Positions 1 to 9,190 of a DNA stretch of 64,000 nucleotides are shown one piece after another; position 1 is the stretch's first letter, and every line of letters starts with the position of its first letter. Both the position numbers and the translations under genes were made by a program. The notes under the pieces were generated by a model. That model was not told the DNA's origin and searched no databases. It saw nothing but the letters and a program-made list of their open reading frames with translations. The DNA is taken from sequence record NC_004629.1. One strand, 5' to 3'.

Positions 1-1
1 T

Positions 2-628
2 CGCCTGATCTTCGATGATGCTATTCAACCTTATTCAAAAGTTGATGAGAAGGTGATTGCTGATTTTGCAAAGATGCAACGTGAGATCCCCTCTCTTGAT
101 GGTAATGAAGGAGTCAGCAATGAAGTAGAAGAAGAAGCTTCTGAAACTGTAAACCCAGTTGCCCAAATTCCTGTCCAGAAAAAGGATAGTGTAGTTAAAG
201 TGGGTAATACTGCTAAAGAACAAACTACTTCTACACGTGTACCAGTAGGCACAACTGTGAATGTTAATCCATCCATGAGTCAAGCTGTAGCAATGACTCA
301 GGCACCTCAACGTCCCGCACAACAAGTTCAAACTAGCAATAAAGCATCTATCCAAGATCTTCTAAATGCTGGGCAGAAAAACCAATTTGCTCAACCAGGA
401 ATGATGCAACAACCTGTTATGATGAACAATAACTTTGCAATGCCTGGGATGATGCAGCCGCAGCAACCAATGATGGCTAATATGCATCCGCAAATGATGC
501 AACTCATGGGCAATCAAATGCCGATGGGTGGTGGATTTGCGCAAGCACTAAACCCCGCTCTAGCTGGTAATGGTAACACCGCGATGATGAATCTAGGTGG
601 AAACCAAATGATGGGGCGTCTACTGTAA
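2..628 (+). CDS. 3' part of probable nuclear import factor PicA/Imp1 (phiKZ gp69); Q/M/N/G-rich low-complexity C-terminus; partial
   Basis: Frame is open from position 2 (RLIFDDAIQPYSK...) to TAA at 626-628. Identity is by synteny, two genes upstream of gp71. Confidence 0.55.
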   Translation, partial: RLIFDDAIQPYSKVDEKVIADFAKMQREIPSLDGNEGVSNEVEEEASETVNPVAQIPVQKKDSVVKVGNTAKEQTTSTRVPVGTTVNVNPSMSQAVAMTQAPQRPAQQVQTSNKASIQDLLNAGQKNQFAQPGMMQQPVMMNNNFAMPGMMQPQQPMMANMHPQMMQLMGNQMPMGGGFAQALNPALAGNGNTAMMNLGGNQMMGRLL

Positions 629-639
629 TACGGCATAAA

Positions 640-663
640 CCAGGGGGCCTAAGGGTCCCCTGG
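640..663. terminator. GC-rich hairpin between convergent genes
   Basis: CCAGGGGGCC-TAAG-GGTCCCCTGG, preceded by GCATAA. Confidence 0.75.
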
Positions 664-669
664 CTTGCT

Positions 670-1029
670 TTAAAACTTTTTAGTTTGATATAGGCTAACG
701 AGGTGCTGAATCATGTCGTTATTCGGTATGATTAAATAGCTGGTGTAATCATTAGCTGAAGGATCCCTTAGAACTTTACCAAAATCATAAGGGCTAACTA
801 AACCATTAACACGCATTTGAATCCACCACATATCGGGATTGACACGGCGTTCTGCCATGTATCCATAAAAGTTTCCTTCGAACTGGTAATACAATTCAGG
901 TGGAATCTGAATACGTGTGGATCTGACATTACGTAAGATATTCAAATGAGTCTCAATAATTAATCTGAACCCTGGTTCATAATAAACAGATTCACCTGAA
1001 TCTGGCTGATTAGCTAACAGTGTGAATGC
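670..1029 (-). CDS. Conserved hypothetical protein (gp70 by synteny); possible baseplate gp53/LysM-like fold
   Basis: ORF track 670..1044; ATG at 1029 is the likelier start. Motif PDMWWIQMRVNGLVSPYDF. Confidence 0.7.
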   Translation of the reverse strand, partial: AFTLLANQPDSGESVYYEPGFRLIIETHLNILRNVRSTRIQIPPELYYQFEGNFYGYMAERRVNPDMWWIQMRVNGLVSPYDFGKVLRDPSANDYTSYLIIPNNDMIQHLVSLYQTKKF

Positions 1030-1051
1030 CATAATAAATTCCAATAAATTT

Positions 1052-1070
1052 TATTTAAGATCTATATCAT
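1052..1070 (+). promoter_or_regulatory. Candidate early promoter variant upstream of the nvRNAP operon
   Basis: TTTAAGATCTATATCAT matches TTTAAGATCTATATTAC at 58648-58664 except for the last 3 nt; the phiKZ early consensus is TATATTAC. Confidence 0.5.
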
Positions 1071-1100
1071 AGTTTTACAATTACCCAAAAGGAGGTAGTG

Positions 1101-1271
1101 ATGAATTATGGTAATAACCATAGACACACTCAAGAAACTGTAATAGACCAACAAAAAGATTATAGATATCCACAATTTACTGAGCACAATGTGCAGATAG
1201 ATCCATATGATCGTTTCTACATTGGTGGCGTCCGTGGTATGATGTTTTTAGATGAAGTAAAAAAGAGGTGA
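1101..1271 (+). CDS. Small hypothetical protein, 56 aa (MNYGNNHRHTQ...DEVKKR)
   Basis: Strong RBS AAAGGAGG, ATG 1101, TGA 1269-1271, 3 nt before the gp71 start. Below the ORF-track cut-off. Confidence 0.75.
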   Translation: MNYGNNHRHTQETVIDQQKDYRYPQFTEHNVQIDPYDRFYIGGVRGMMFLDEVKKR

Positions 1272-1274
1272 AGT

Positions 1275-2453
1275 ATGTCTCAACTAGGTAGACGTGAAAT
1301 TGATCTAACTTTACTAGGTCATACTGGTTTAGATCCTTGGTATGGCACTACCTCATCTGCACGGGGTGCTATGTTTGTAACACACATTGGACAAGCACCA
1401 GAAGTAAATGGAAATGAATCGCGTTATTTCCTAACGGGTGCTGAATTAGAGTATGCCAAGTATACACATGATGTTCGTTTTCCTGAGGATTGTCGTGTAC
1501 TACATGTTCTTAGAAAATATCCAACGGGTATTGGTAAAGACAGTATTAGATCTAACCCGGTAACAACTATTATCTACGAAAACTATTTTGACAAATATAA
1601 AACTATTGGTGTCCTACATGTTCCCGAATACATGAGCCATCACCAAGACTTTGGTTATGAACTTGTAAAGAACCGAGAAGTGTGGGAAACCATTGCTCCA
1701 AATGAAATGTTCTCTAAAGACACAGTAATTGCACAGTCTGGTGCAGTTAAGAAAGATGGTACTTTAGGGATGGGTGTTAATGCTAATGTTGTATTCCTAT
1801 CTGCCGCAGGTACTATTGAAGATGGATTCGTAGCTAATAAGAATTTCCTTAAAAGGATGATGCCAACTAGTTATAGCACGGCTGTAGCTAATGCTGGTAG
1901 GAAAGCTTTCTTCTTAAACATGTATGGCGATGATAAGATCTATAAACCATTTCCAGACATTGGCGATGTTATCCGACCAGATGGTGTAATCTTCGCCATC
2001 CGTGACCATGATGATGATCTAGCTCCTGCCGAGATGACTCCTAGGGCACTTCGTACACTAGATAGGACTTTCGACAGAGCTGTTATTGGCACGCCTGGTG
2101 CAAAGGTTATTGATATTGATATCTGGCGTGATGAGCGTGTAAATCCATCACCTACTCCAACAGGAATGGATGCGCAATTAGTTAAATATCATACTCATCT
2201 TAGCAGTTATTATCGAGAACTATTAAAGATCTATCGTGGTCTATTAGCGCGTCGTAAAGATGATCTACATATCACTGAGGAATTTGAACGTCTTATTGTA
2301 ACCGCACAAATGTTCCTACCTCAACCTGATAATGTCCGTAAACTATCTCGATTCTATCGGCTAGACCCACTAGATGAATGGCGAGTCGAAGTAACTTACA
2401 AAGCTCAGAAGATGCCAGCTGGTGCTTTCAAGATGACTGATTTTCATGGTGGT
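1275..2453 (+). CDS. gp71: Non-virion RNA polymerase beta subunit C-terminal part, exon 1 (gp71)
   Basis: Beta motifs (SSARGAM, EDGFV, ...KMTDFHGG). Joins exon 2 in frame to give HGG|KGVI (the RHGNKG motif) and a 700-aa product. Confidence 0.93.
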
Positions 2454-3671
2454 AATTAATATCCATCCATCTCTTGGGAGATGCGATGAATGAAGAGTTT
2501 AAAGTAATACCAGGTTATGAAGGATATGCGGTAACCAAATGCGGTGTGATTAAGTCTATAGAAAGAGATTTGATTTTATCCACATTTATGTTAGATGGTT
2601 ATCGTGCAGTCAGTACCTTTCGTGGATCACTGACTAAAACGTTACCTGTCCATCGAGCGATTGCATTAGCTTGGATAAATAATGATTCACCTGATACGTT
2701 GACAGTGGTTAACCATAAAGATGGAGATCCACTTAATAACGATCTTGAGAATCTTGAATGGACAGATTATTCGGGTAACAACTACCATGCGGTTAACAAT
2801 GGATTAAGACGTGATCCAATTGCTTGCTATACACGGTGCTTCTTCACCAAACAAGTAATGGCATTTAATTCAATTGCACAAGCATGTGTACATATGGGTC
2901 TTCCAAAAGACACACCATTTGCAATGTTGAAGCCTAAGATGTTCGGTAAGTTGATAGCTGGTAAGTTCGAATTTAAATATGCTAATGAAACGGATCCTTG
3001 GTTTTATGAGCATCGAACCGAACTAGTAAAACCATCACGTTATATGGTGACAGTTATCAACCCAGATGGCTATGCCGAGGAAATCTATTCCAACGCAGCT
3101 TTCTTGAAAGCTTACCAACTTTACGATAGTCCCTATGGGAGATCGATTCCTGGTCTTGCAAAGTACGCAACTGAAAAATACCCAGCTTATGAATTTGTGG
3201 TGAGAGACTCGTATACAGAGGAGCGGTATCGAGTACACAGATCAACAGCTGGTAGTCAGCGACAATTTGTTCAAGCACTCAAGAATAAAGAGTGCATTGG
3301 GTTTAACTCGCTAACTAGTTGCGCAAAACACTTCAATGTAGACCGTTCAGTTATTAAGCATCGGATAAAATCCGGTGAAAATCTGGATGGATGGATATTT
3401 TCAAATTGCCTGCTTGATCTCGAAAGAGTCAAGTAAATCCTCTCTAATTGCTGGGACATCTCAATGAGACAATCAGCAGCGAAGCTTTCCAGAAATGGAT
3501 TGAACGTTCAACGACTATCCGGTTACGCGGAGTACACTCAAGCGAGTGGAAATGGGAGGGACCTGACCACCTAGGGTGAAGGTTAAGATATAGTCTGGTC
3601 TGCATGGTGACATGCAGCTGCCTGCAATACGAGAGGCGGGGTAAGCGTAGCGAACTTACCTGAACATAACG
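2454..3671 (+). mobile_element. Group I intron (IA-type core) with homing endonuclease ORF
   Basis: 5' exon ends in T, intron ends in G (AACG|AAG). P AATTGCTGGGA 3446-3456, Q AATCAGCAGC 3471-3480, R GTTCAACGACTATCC 3506-3520, S AAGATATAGTCT 3585-3596. P2 has a GAAA tetraloop at about 3413-3433. Confidence 0.95.
2486..3436 (+). CDS. gp72: Intron-encoded HNH homing endonuclease, NUMOD4-HNH-NUMOD1/IENR1 type (gp72)
   Basis: IPGYEGYAVTKCG; VHRAIALAW...VNHKDGDPLNNDLENLEW; C-terminal FNS..cA.hf repeats. ATG 2486 follows GGGAG. Confidence 0.92.
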   Translation: MNEEFKVIPGYEGYAVTKCGVIKSIERDLILSTFMLDGYRAVSTFRGSLTKTLPVHRAIALAWINNDSPDTLTVVNHKDGDPLNNDLENLEWTDYSGNNYHAVNNGLRRDPIACYTRCFFTKQVMAFNSIAQACVHMGLPKDTPFAMLKPKMFGKLIAGKFEFKYANETDPWFYEHRTELVKPSRYMVTVINPDGYAEEIYSNAAFLKAYQLYDSPYGRSIPGLAKYATEKYPAYEFVVRDSYTEERYRVHRSTAGSQRQFVQALKNKECIGFNSLTSCAKHFNVDRSVIKHRIKSGENLDGWIFSNCLLDLERVK

Positions 3672-4595
3672 AAGGGCGTCATCTGTAAGGTAATGGAAGA
3701 TGAAGATATGCCTATTGACGAAAATGGTAATAGGGCAGATCTAATTATCTTTGGTGGTTCAACCATGCGTCGTTCAAATTATGGTCGAATTTATGAACAT
3801 GGTTTTGGCGCAGCTGCACGGGATCTAGCTCAACGCCTACGCGTTGAAGCTGGATTAGATCGACATGCCAAACCAACCCAGCAACAACTAAATAGTGTAA
3901 TGGGCAACACACAATGGGTTGATTATGCATTTAAAGAACTATTAGGTTTCTATGAGATCATTGCTCCAACAATGCATAGTAAAATGATGGAACACCCAAA
4001 TCCAGCAGAACATGTTAAAACAGTACTAATGGATGGGTTCCCATATATCTACGCACCAGTTGATGATCCAGTGGATCTAATGGCAGCAGTCAACAAATTA
4101 ATTAATAGCGATAAGTATCGACCACACTATGGGAAGGTATCTTATCGAGATCAAGCTGGTAAGTGGGTAACAACTAAAGATAATGTCTTAATGGGTCCAC
4201 TTTACATGATGCTACTAGAAAAGATTGGTGAAGACTGGTCAGCAGCAGCATCTGTAAAAACACAACCATTTGGTCTACCTTCTAAGTTAAACAATGCTGA
4301 TAGGGCTAGCACTCCTGGTCGAGAAACAGCTATCCGGTCATTCGGTGAATCTGAAACTCGGTCATATAACTGTACAGTTGGTCCAGGTCCGACTGCTGAA
4401 ATCTTAGACCAAACTAATAACCCATTGGCGCATGCTGCGGTTATCGAGTCTTGGCTAACAGCAGAAAAACCTTCATCTGTACCAGTTGCAGTTGATCGTG
4501 AAAAGATTCCATTTGGTGGATCTCGCCCAGTAGCTATGTTTGATCACCTGCTTGAATGTAGTGGTATTGCATTAGAATATGCCCCTGATCATTGA
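3672..4595 (+). CDS. gp73: Non-virion RNA polymerase beta subunit C-terminal part, exon 2 (gp73)
   Basis: KGVICKVMEDEDMPIDENGNRADLII, GPLYMMLLEKI and IRSFGESE correspond to beta conserved regions H/I. Confidence 0.93.
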   Translation, partial: KGVICKVMEDEDMPIDENGNRADLIIFGGSTMRRSNYGRIYEHGFGAAARDLAQRLRVEAGLDRHAKPTQQQLNSVMGNTQWVDYAFKELLGFYEIIAPTMHSKMMEHPNPAEHVKTVLMDGFPYIYAPVDDPVDLMAAVNKLINSDKYRPHYGKVSYRDQAGKWVTTKDNVLMGPLYMMLLEKIGEDWSAAASVKTQPFGLPSKLNNADRASTPGRETAIRSFGESETRSYNCTVGPGPTAEILDQTNNPLAHAAVIESWLTAEKPSSVPVAVDREKIPFGGSRPVAMFDHLLECSGIALEYAPDH

Positions 4596-4625
4596 TCAGG
4601 GGTTTAATAATACAAGAGGTAAATA

Positions 4626-6659
4626 ATGAATCTTAATCGTTATAAAGCGCGTGATCTTCTAAATCTAAGTTATGATGATTTATGGTCACTCCCTTCAGAA
4701 TGGCATCTAATCGAATTTGATGATGGTAAAACGGTTGTGTCAGTTGACCGTATTACCAAATTATCCGTTCTGTGTTGGTATCCTCTTAAACATTATAAAG
4801 ATTGCCCAATTCCATCTGATCACCATATCGATTTCAATCGCATCTTAACTGATAACCCTAAAGATTATCTAAATGTTGAAGGTGGCCGAGTAACATCTAA
4901 AGCCATGGTCAAGCATTTAAATAAGGCTATTTGGAACATCTATGATTGGTCAGGTGAAACAGTAGATCCTGAAGTACTATCTAAACTGGCTATTGAAGGT
5001 AAGAACTGGCTGTATAATCAGACCACTGTAAAACTGTCTGAATATCTAGCGACCTTGTCAATGTTTGATATTGCTGAAGTATATAATCATCCCAAGGTAC
5101 GTGAGGCTAACCATAATATCGAACCAACTACTTATGGTATCGAAAAAATTAGTTATGGTAAAGTCAAAGAAGTATTTAATGATCCTACCCAATTCATTGG
5201 TAATAGCATCATTGAAGGTCTTCGTTCTGGTACTCAGAAAACTGAACAGCTTCTACAGGCATTTGCTTGGCGGGGCTTTCCAACTGATATTAACTCAGAC
5301 ATCTTTAAATATCCAGTAACGACTGGCTATATTGATGGTATTTGGAATCTGTATGAGAATATGATTGAATCTCGTTCAGGTACTAAAGCACTACTATATA
5401 ACAAAGAACTACTGCGAGTAACTGAATACTTTAACCGGAAATCTCAACTTATTGCACAATATGTCCAAAGGCTACATCCTGGTGATTGTAAGACTACAAT
5501 CTTAGCTGAGTATCCTGTAACTAAGTTAACTTTAAAAGCATTCAAAGGAAAATATTATCAAAAAGAAGATGGTAAACTAGACTGGATCCGTGGAAATGAA
5601 ACACACCTAATTGGAACTAAACAGAAATTCAGGTCTGTATTTGGATGTAATCATCCAGATAGTCAGGGTATCTGTATGACTTGTTATGGCCGACTAGGTA
5701 TCAATATTCCAAAAGGAACTAATATCGGTCAGGTTGCTGCCGTATCGATGGGTGACAAAATTACTTCAGCAGTATTGTCTACTAAACACACCGATGCGTC
5801 TTCTGCTGTAGAACAATATAAACTTGGCAAAATTGAAAGTAATTATTTAAGAACAGGTGAAATCCCAGAGACATTATATCTAAAGAAAGAACTTACTCAG
5901 AAGGATTATCGTTTAGTAATCGCACGGTCAGAGGCAGAAAACCTTGCTGACATTTTAATGATTGATGACCTTACTGCATATCCAGCTACTTCAGCTACTG
6001 AACTAACCAGCCTGGCCCTAGTCTATGATGATGAGGTGAATGGTGAGTGTGGCGATGTTCTGACAGTATCACTGTATAACCGTAGGGCTAGTCTATCTAT
6101 TGAAATGCTAAAGCATATTAAGATGGTCCGTTGGGAACTAGATCAGCGAGACAATATCGTCATTAGTCTTCGTGGTTTTGATTTTAACCTACCATTCTTG
6201 ACGCTACCAAATAAGCACGTAAACATGTATGAAGTAATGAAACGATTCCAAAGTTTCTTACATTCCGGTAGTGACTCAGCCGAGGCAGGTAAACTAAGCA
6301 CTGAGAAAGTTGGATATACATCTAAAACGTATCTTAAAAACTACAAGTCACCAATTGAAGCACTACCTGTATTTGCAACAATGGCTAATGAAAAGATTAG
6401 CCTTAATATTTCCCATTGTGAGATCTTGATATACGCTATGATGATCCGTTCAGCTCAATATCGAGACTATCGCTTACCTAAACCCGGTATTAATGGCCAA
6501 TTTGAAAAATATAATAGGCTAATGCAATGTCGTAGTTTAGGTGGTGCGATGGCTTTCGAAAAGCAGCATGAGCCACTAAATAACCCAGGCAGTTTCCTTA
6601 ACAAGATGAGGAATGACCATCCATATGACTTACTAGTTAAAGGTGGTAAACTGCGATAG
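4626..6659 (+). CDS. gp74: Non-virion RNA polymerase beta' subunit, C-terminal part (gp74)
   Basis: 677 aa; SRSGTKAL, Zn-site CNHPDSQGICMTCYG, NIGQVAAVSMGDKITSAVLSTKH. Confidence 0.92.
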   Translation: MNLNRYKARDLLNLSYDDLWSLPSEWHLIEFDDGKTVVSVDRITKLSVLCWYPLKHYKDCPIPSDHHIDFNRILTDNPKDYLNVEGGRVTSKAMVKHLNKAIWNIYDWSGETVDPEVLSKLAIEGKNWLYNQTTVKLSEYLATLSMFDIAEVYNHPKVREANHNIEPTTYGIEKISYGKVKEVFNDPTQFIGNSIIEGLRSGTQKTEQLLQAFAWRGFPTDINSDIFKYPVTTGYIDGIWNLYENMIESRSGTKALLYNKELLRVTEYFNRKSQLIAQYVQRLHPGDCKTTILAEYPVTKLTLKAFKGKYYQKEDGKLDWIRGNETHLIGTKQKFRSVFGCNHPDSQGICMTCYGRLGINIPKGTNIGQVAAVSMGDKITSAVLSTKHTDASSAVEQYKLGKIESNYLRTGEIPETLYLKKELTQKDYRLVIARSEAENLADILMIDDLTAYPATSATELTSLALVYDDEVNGECGDVLTVSLYNRRASLSIEMLKHIKMVRWELDQRDNIVISLRGFDFNLPFLTLPNKHVNMYEVMKRFQSFLHSGSDSAEAGKLSTEKVGYTSKTYLKNYKSPIEALPVFATMANEKISLNISHCEILIYAMMIRSAQYRDYRLPKPGINGQFEKYNRLMQCRSLGGAMAFEKQHEPLNNPGSFLNKMRNDHPYDLLVKGGKLR

Positions 6660-6679
6660 ACGTGGAGGACGTGAGGTTT

Positions 6680-6696
6680 GGGGAGCACTGCTCCCC
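6680..6696 (+). terminator. Hairpin between gp74 and the helicase gene
   Basis: GGGGAGC-ACT-GCTCCCC. Confidence 0.6.
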
Positions 6697-6717
6697 TTAC
6701 CGATCGTTGATTTTTTT

Positions 6718-8256
6718 ATGAAACCGATTCTTACAGCAGAACGATACACCCATGGTGTTCGTTTATCCGGTTACGATCGGGAAACATACTTAAAGATGAC
6801 TGGATATCTTAATAAACTGGTTTTAAAAGAACCTAAGAAGATACCTGGTCAACGCACCATAATGGAAATAAAGAAAAAATATTATGGTGAAACAGAAGAT
6901 GGTAAATCTGTATTCATCCATCGTGAATGTCTTCAAGAACTTATTAATTATCTGGCCGATAAGAATATACCATCTACTAGAATTGAAATTGTAGATATTC
7001 CTGTACCAACAGCTGTTAAAGTAGACTATACTTTATTTGAACATTATGTTCTAAGGGATTATCAGGAAACCATCCGCGAAGATATTCTAAGACCACATTT
7101 ACATTCAGCACGTGTTGATTTACAGACTGGTAAAGGTAAAACATTAACTAGTTTAGCTTCAGTTGCAGTAATGAAAGAACGTGGTGTTGTTATGATTCCA
7201 CCTAAATATTTCGGTATTTGGGAGAAAGCATTAAAAGAAACATTTGTTGGTTATGAAGATCAGCTAGGTATAAAATATTTAAAAGTATCTGGATCTGCTG
7301 AGTTACAGAATCTAATTAATCGCGGACTAGAGAATGATTTAGAGGGAGTTGAAATTATTCTCATTAGTTCTACAACATACCGTGCATATATCGATACTTT
7401 TGAACGATTAGGTGAAAAAATCGATGTAGTTGGATTTAATGTACCACCACCTAGATTCCATGAGGTTATTGGAGCAGGTTGGCAGATCAATGATGAGATT
7501 CAAGAAGATCCAGGATTAGTATTTCGTACTGATCTATATACCAATGTCAATAAACAAATCTATTTATCAGCTACTCCATACACTGGTAATCAGTTTGTTA
7601 CTAAAATGATTGATGTCATGCTACCTGCTACTACAAAGTGTAGGTTACCTGCATATGACTCATACATCAATGTTATTGGCTTGTTATATAGTGAACCAAC
7701 TATTAAACCTAAGGACTATTTAACTCCATTTAAAAATACATATAACCACGCTCGTTATGAAACAGTAATGATGAAGAACCCTAGGCGACTAGACTTCTAT
7801 CTAAAGATGGTTAAACGTATTGTAGATGGCGTTTATATAAAGGATCGTATTGAAGGTCAGAAATGTTTGCTATTATGCGCGACTGTAAACTTTATCGATG
7901 TACTGACAGATTATCTTAAGAAACAATATCCAGATCTTCAGATTAATAGACATGTTTCGGGTAGTCCGTATGATAGATTAATGACTAATGATATCACTGT
8001 ATCAACTATTAAATCATCTGGTACTGGTGTTGATATTAGGAATTTAAGGGAAGTTATTCTATTACAAGCAACTGACTCTAAAAAGGACAGTATCCAAATT
8101 CTTGGACGACTAAGACCATTGAAGAACTGGCCTGATGTAATACCAAGGTTAACATTCATGGTTTGTAATAACATACCTCATCATTGCAGATACGCTAGAA
8201 ATAAAGAAAATCATTTCATGGGTAAAACTAAAAGTATGCGCATGATGCGTTTATAG
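6718..8256 (+). CDS. Superfamily 2 DNA/RNA helicase (gp75)
   Basis: LRDYQ, LQTGKGKT (Walker A), NDEIQE, LSATP, TIKSSGTGVDI, QILGRLR. ATG 6718 is preferred over the GTG at 6643. Confidence 0.88.
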   Translation: MKPILTAERYTHGVRLSGYDRETYLKMTGYLNKLVLKEPKKIPGQRTIMEIKKKYYGETEDGKSVFIHRECLQELINYLADKNIPSTRIEIVDIPVPTAVKVDYTLFEHYVLRDYQETIREDILRPHLHSARVDLQTGKGKTLTSLASVAVMKERGVVMIPPKYFGIWEKALKETFVGYEDQLGIKYLKVSGSAELQNLINRGLENDLEGVEIILISSTTYRAYIDTFERLGEKIDVVGFNVPPPRFHEVIGAGWQINDEIQEDPGLVFRTDLYTNVNKQIYLSATPYTGNQFVTKMIDVMLPATTKCRLPAYDSYINVIGLLYSEPTIKPKDYLTPFKNTYNHARYETVMMKNPRRLDFYLKMVKRIVDGVYIKDRIEGQKCLLLCATVNFIDVLTDYLKKQYPDLQINRHVSGSPYDRLMTNDITVSTIKSSGTGVDIRNLREVILLQATDSKKDSIQILGRLRPLKNWPDVIPRLTFMVCNNIPHHCRYARNKENHFMGKTKSMRMMRL

Positions 8257-8262
8257 TAAATG

Positions 8263-8310
8263 GCATAAATGATCCCTCCCTTAGTTGGGAGGGATTATGC
8301 TTTTTTTTTA
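8263..8310 (+). terminator. Intrinsic terminator with GCATAA/TTATGC flanks
   Basis: ATCCCTCCC-TTAGTT-GGGAGGGAT followed by a long T-tract. Confidence 0.85.
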
Positions 8311-8328
8311 TTTTTTGTATTTAAAGCA

Positions 8329-8354
8329 TTTTAAACAGTATATTACAAATGTGA
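8329..8354 (+). promoter_or_regulatory. Early (virion RNAP) promoter
   Basis: TTTTAAACAGTATATTACAAATGTGA; TATATTAC at 8339-8346. Confidence 0.8.
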
Positions 8355-8375
8355 TAAAACTATAGGGTATTTACA

Positions 8376-8441
8376 ATGAAGAAAAAATTGATTATGATTA
8401 CAATTGTAGTTATAGCTTATAAACTATGGGAGTGGAAATAA
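8376..8441 (+). CDS. 21-aa single-TM microprotein (MKKKLIMITIVVIAYKLWEWK)
   Basis: First ATG after the early promoter, with TAGG-type RBS; its stop overlaps the next ATG (TAATG). Confidence 0.6.
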   Translation: MKKKLIMITIVVIAYKLWEWK

Positions 8442-8698
8442 TGTATACAGTTGATCAGATCTTTGGTGCAACATGGCTTCTAGTCAGTACTTTGATCTTA
8501 GTTGATATTCTTCTAACATGCATGCTGATATTTATTATTAAAACATATCTTGAGTTTAAAGATATCTTTAATAAAAGTGCATGCCAGTACGCTATGCTTT
8601 TTCTCTCCGTAAGCATTGTATTAGTTACCATATGGGTAAGTACTATTGTTAGTTGCTGGACTAACTATTCACTGACATGTACAACTTATCTATTTTGA
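8441..8698 (+). CDS. Small two-TM membrane protein, 85 aa
   Basis: ORF track 8426..8698; TAATG-coupled ATG at 8441; two hydrophobic segments. Confidence 0.7.
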   Translation: MYTVDQIFGATWLLVSTLILVDILLTCMLIFIIKTYLEFKDIFNKSACQYAMLFLSVSIVLVTIWVSTIVSCWTNYSLTCTTYLF

Positions 8699-8710
8699 TG
8701 AGGTGTCTAT

Positions 8711-8902
8711 ATGGCTCGGGTATTGTTATTTTTAGTACCACTATTAATTGCATTTAGTGGATTAATAACTTCAATTATATTTCTTGCTGCTGCTAAAACA
8801 ATCAAACAAAAAGCAATGATTGTAAGTGGCTTGATTTGCAGTATGTTTACCCTTATGTTAGGGTTGTGGTTATTTAATATGATAATCATGCATATTAAAT
8901 AG
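8711..8902 (+). CDS. Small two-TM membrane protein, 63 aa
   Basis: GAGG RBS; two hydrophobic helices joined by the basic linker KTIKQK. Confidence 0.75.
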   Translation: MARVLLFLVPLLIAFSGLITSIIFLAAAKTIKQKAMIVSGLICSMFTLMLGLWLFNMIIMHIK

Positions 8903-8957
8903 ACATGCTATGTAAGAACAATTGATCATTGTTCTCTAATAATAAGAGCATCCCACT

Positions 8958-9152
8958 ATGGTCTTTTTGTGTCAACTTATAGTAATAGCCCTTGTGGCTA
9001 GTATGGGATATAAAAGTTATCAGATTTATCTTTATGTCAAGTTTGACTTAGATAAAGATAGTATTAAATCCCGGTATGTTCGCCAAAAGACACTGCTTGT
9101 TGTTTTATATGGCTTCTTTGCTTTATTTCCATTAGGATATCTGATGGTTTAA
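8958..9152 (+). CDS. Small two-TM membrane protein, 64 aa
   Basis: Hydrophobic N- and C-terminal segments; followed by a terminator. Confidence 0.65.
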   Translation: MVFLCQLIVIALVASMGYKSYQIYLYVKFDLDKDSIKSRYVRQKTLLVVLYGFFALFPLGYLMV

Positions 9153-9155
9153 TAA

Positions 9156-9190
9156 ATATTACCCCGCCTTTTATTGGTGGGGTAATATGC
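9156..9190 (+). terminator. Hairpin followed by TATG
   Basis: ATATTACCCCGCC / GGTGGGGTAATAT inverted repeat. Confidence 0.7.

Noticed and set aside
6643-6717. GTG-extended N-terminus of the helicase
   Set aside because: The extension runs through a GC hairpin and T-tract and has no RBS; ATG 6718 is preferred, although it also lacks a clear SD.
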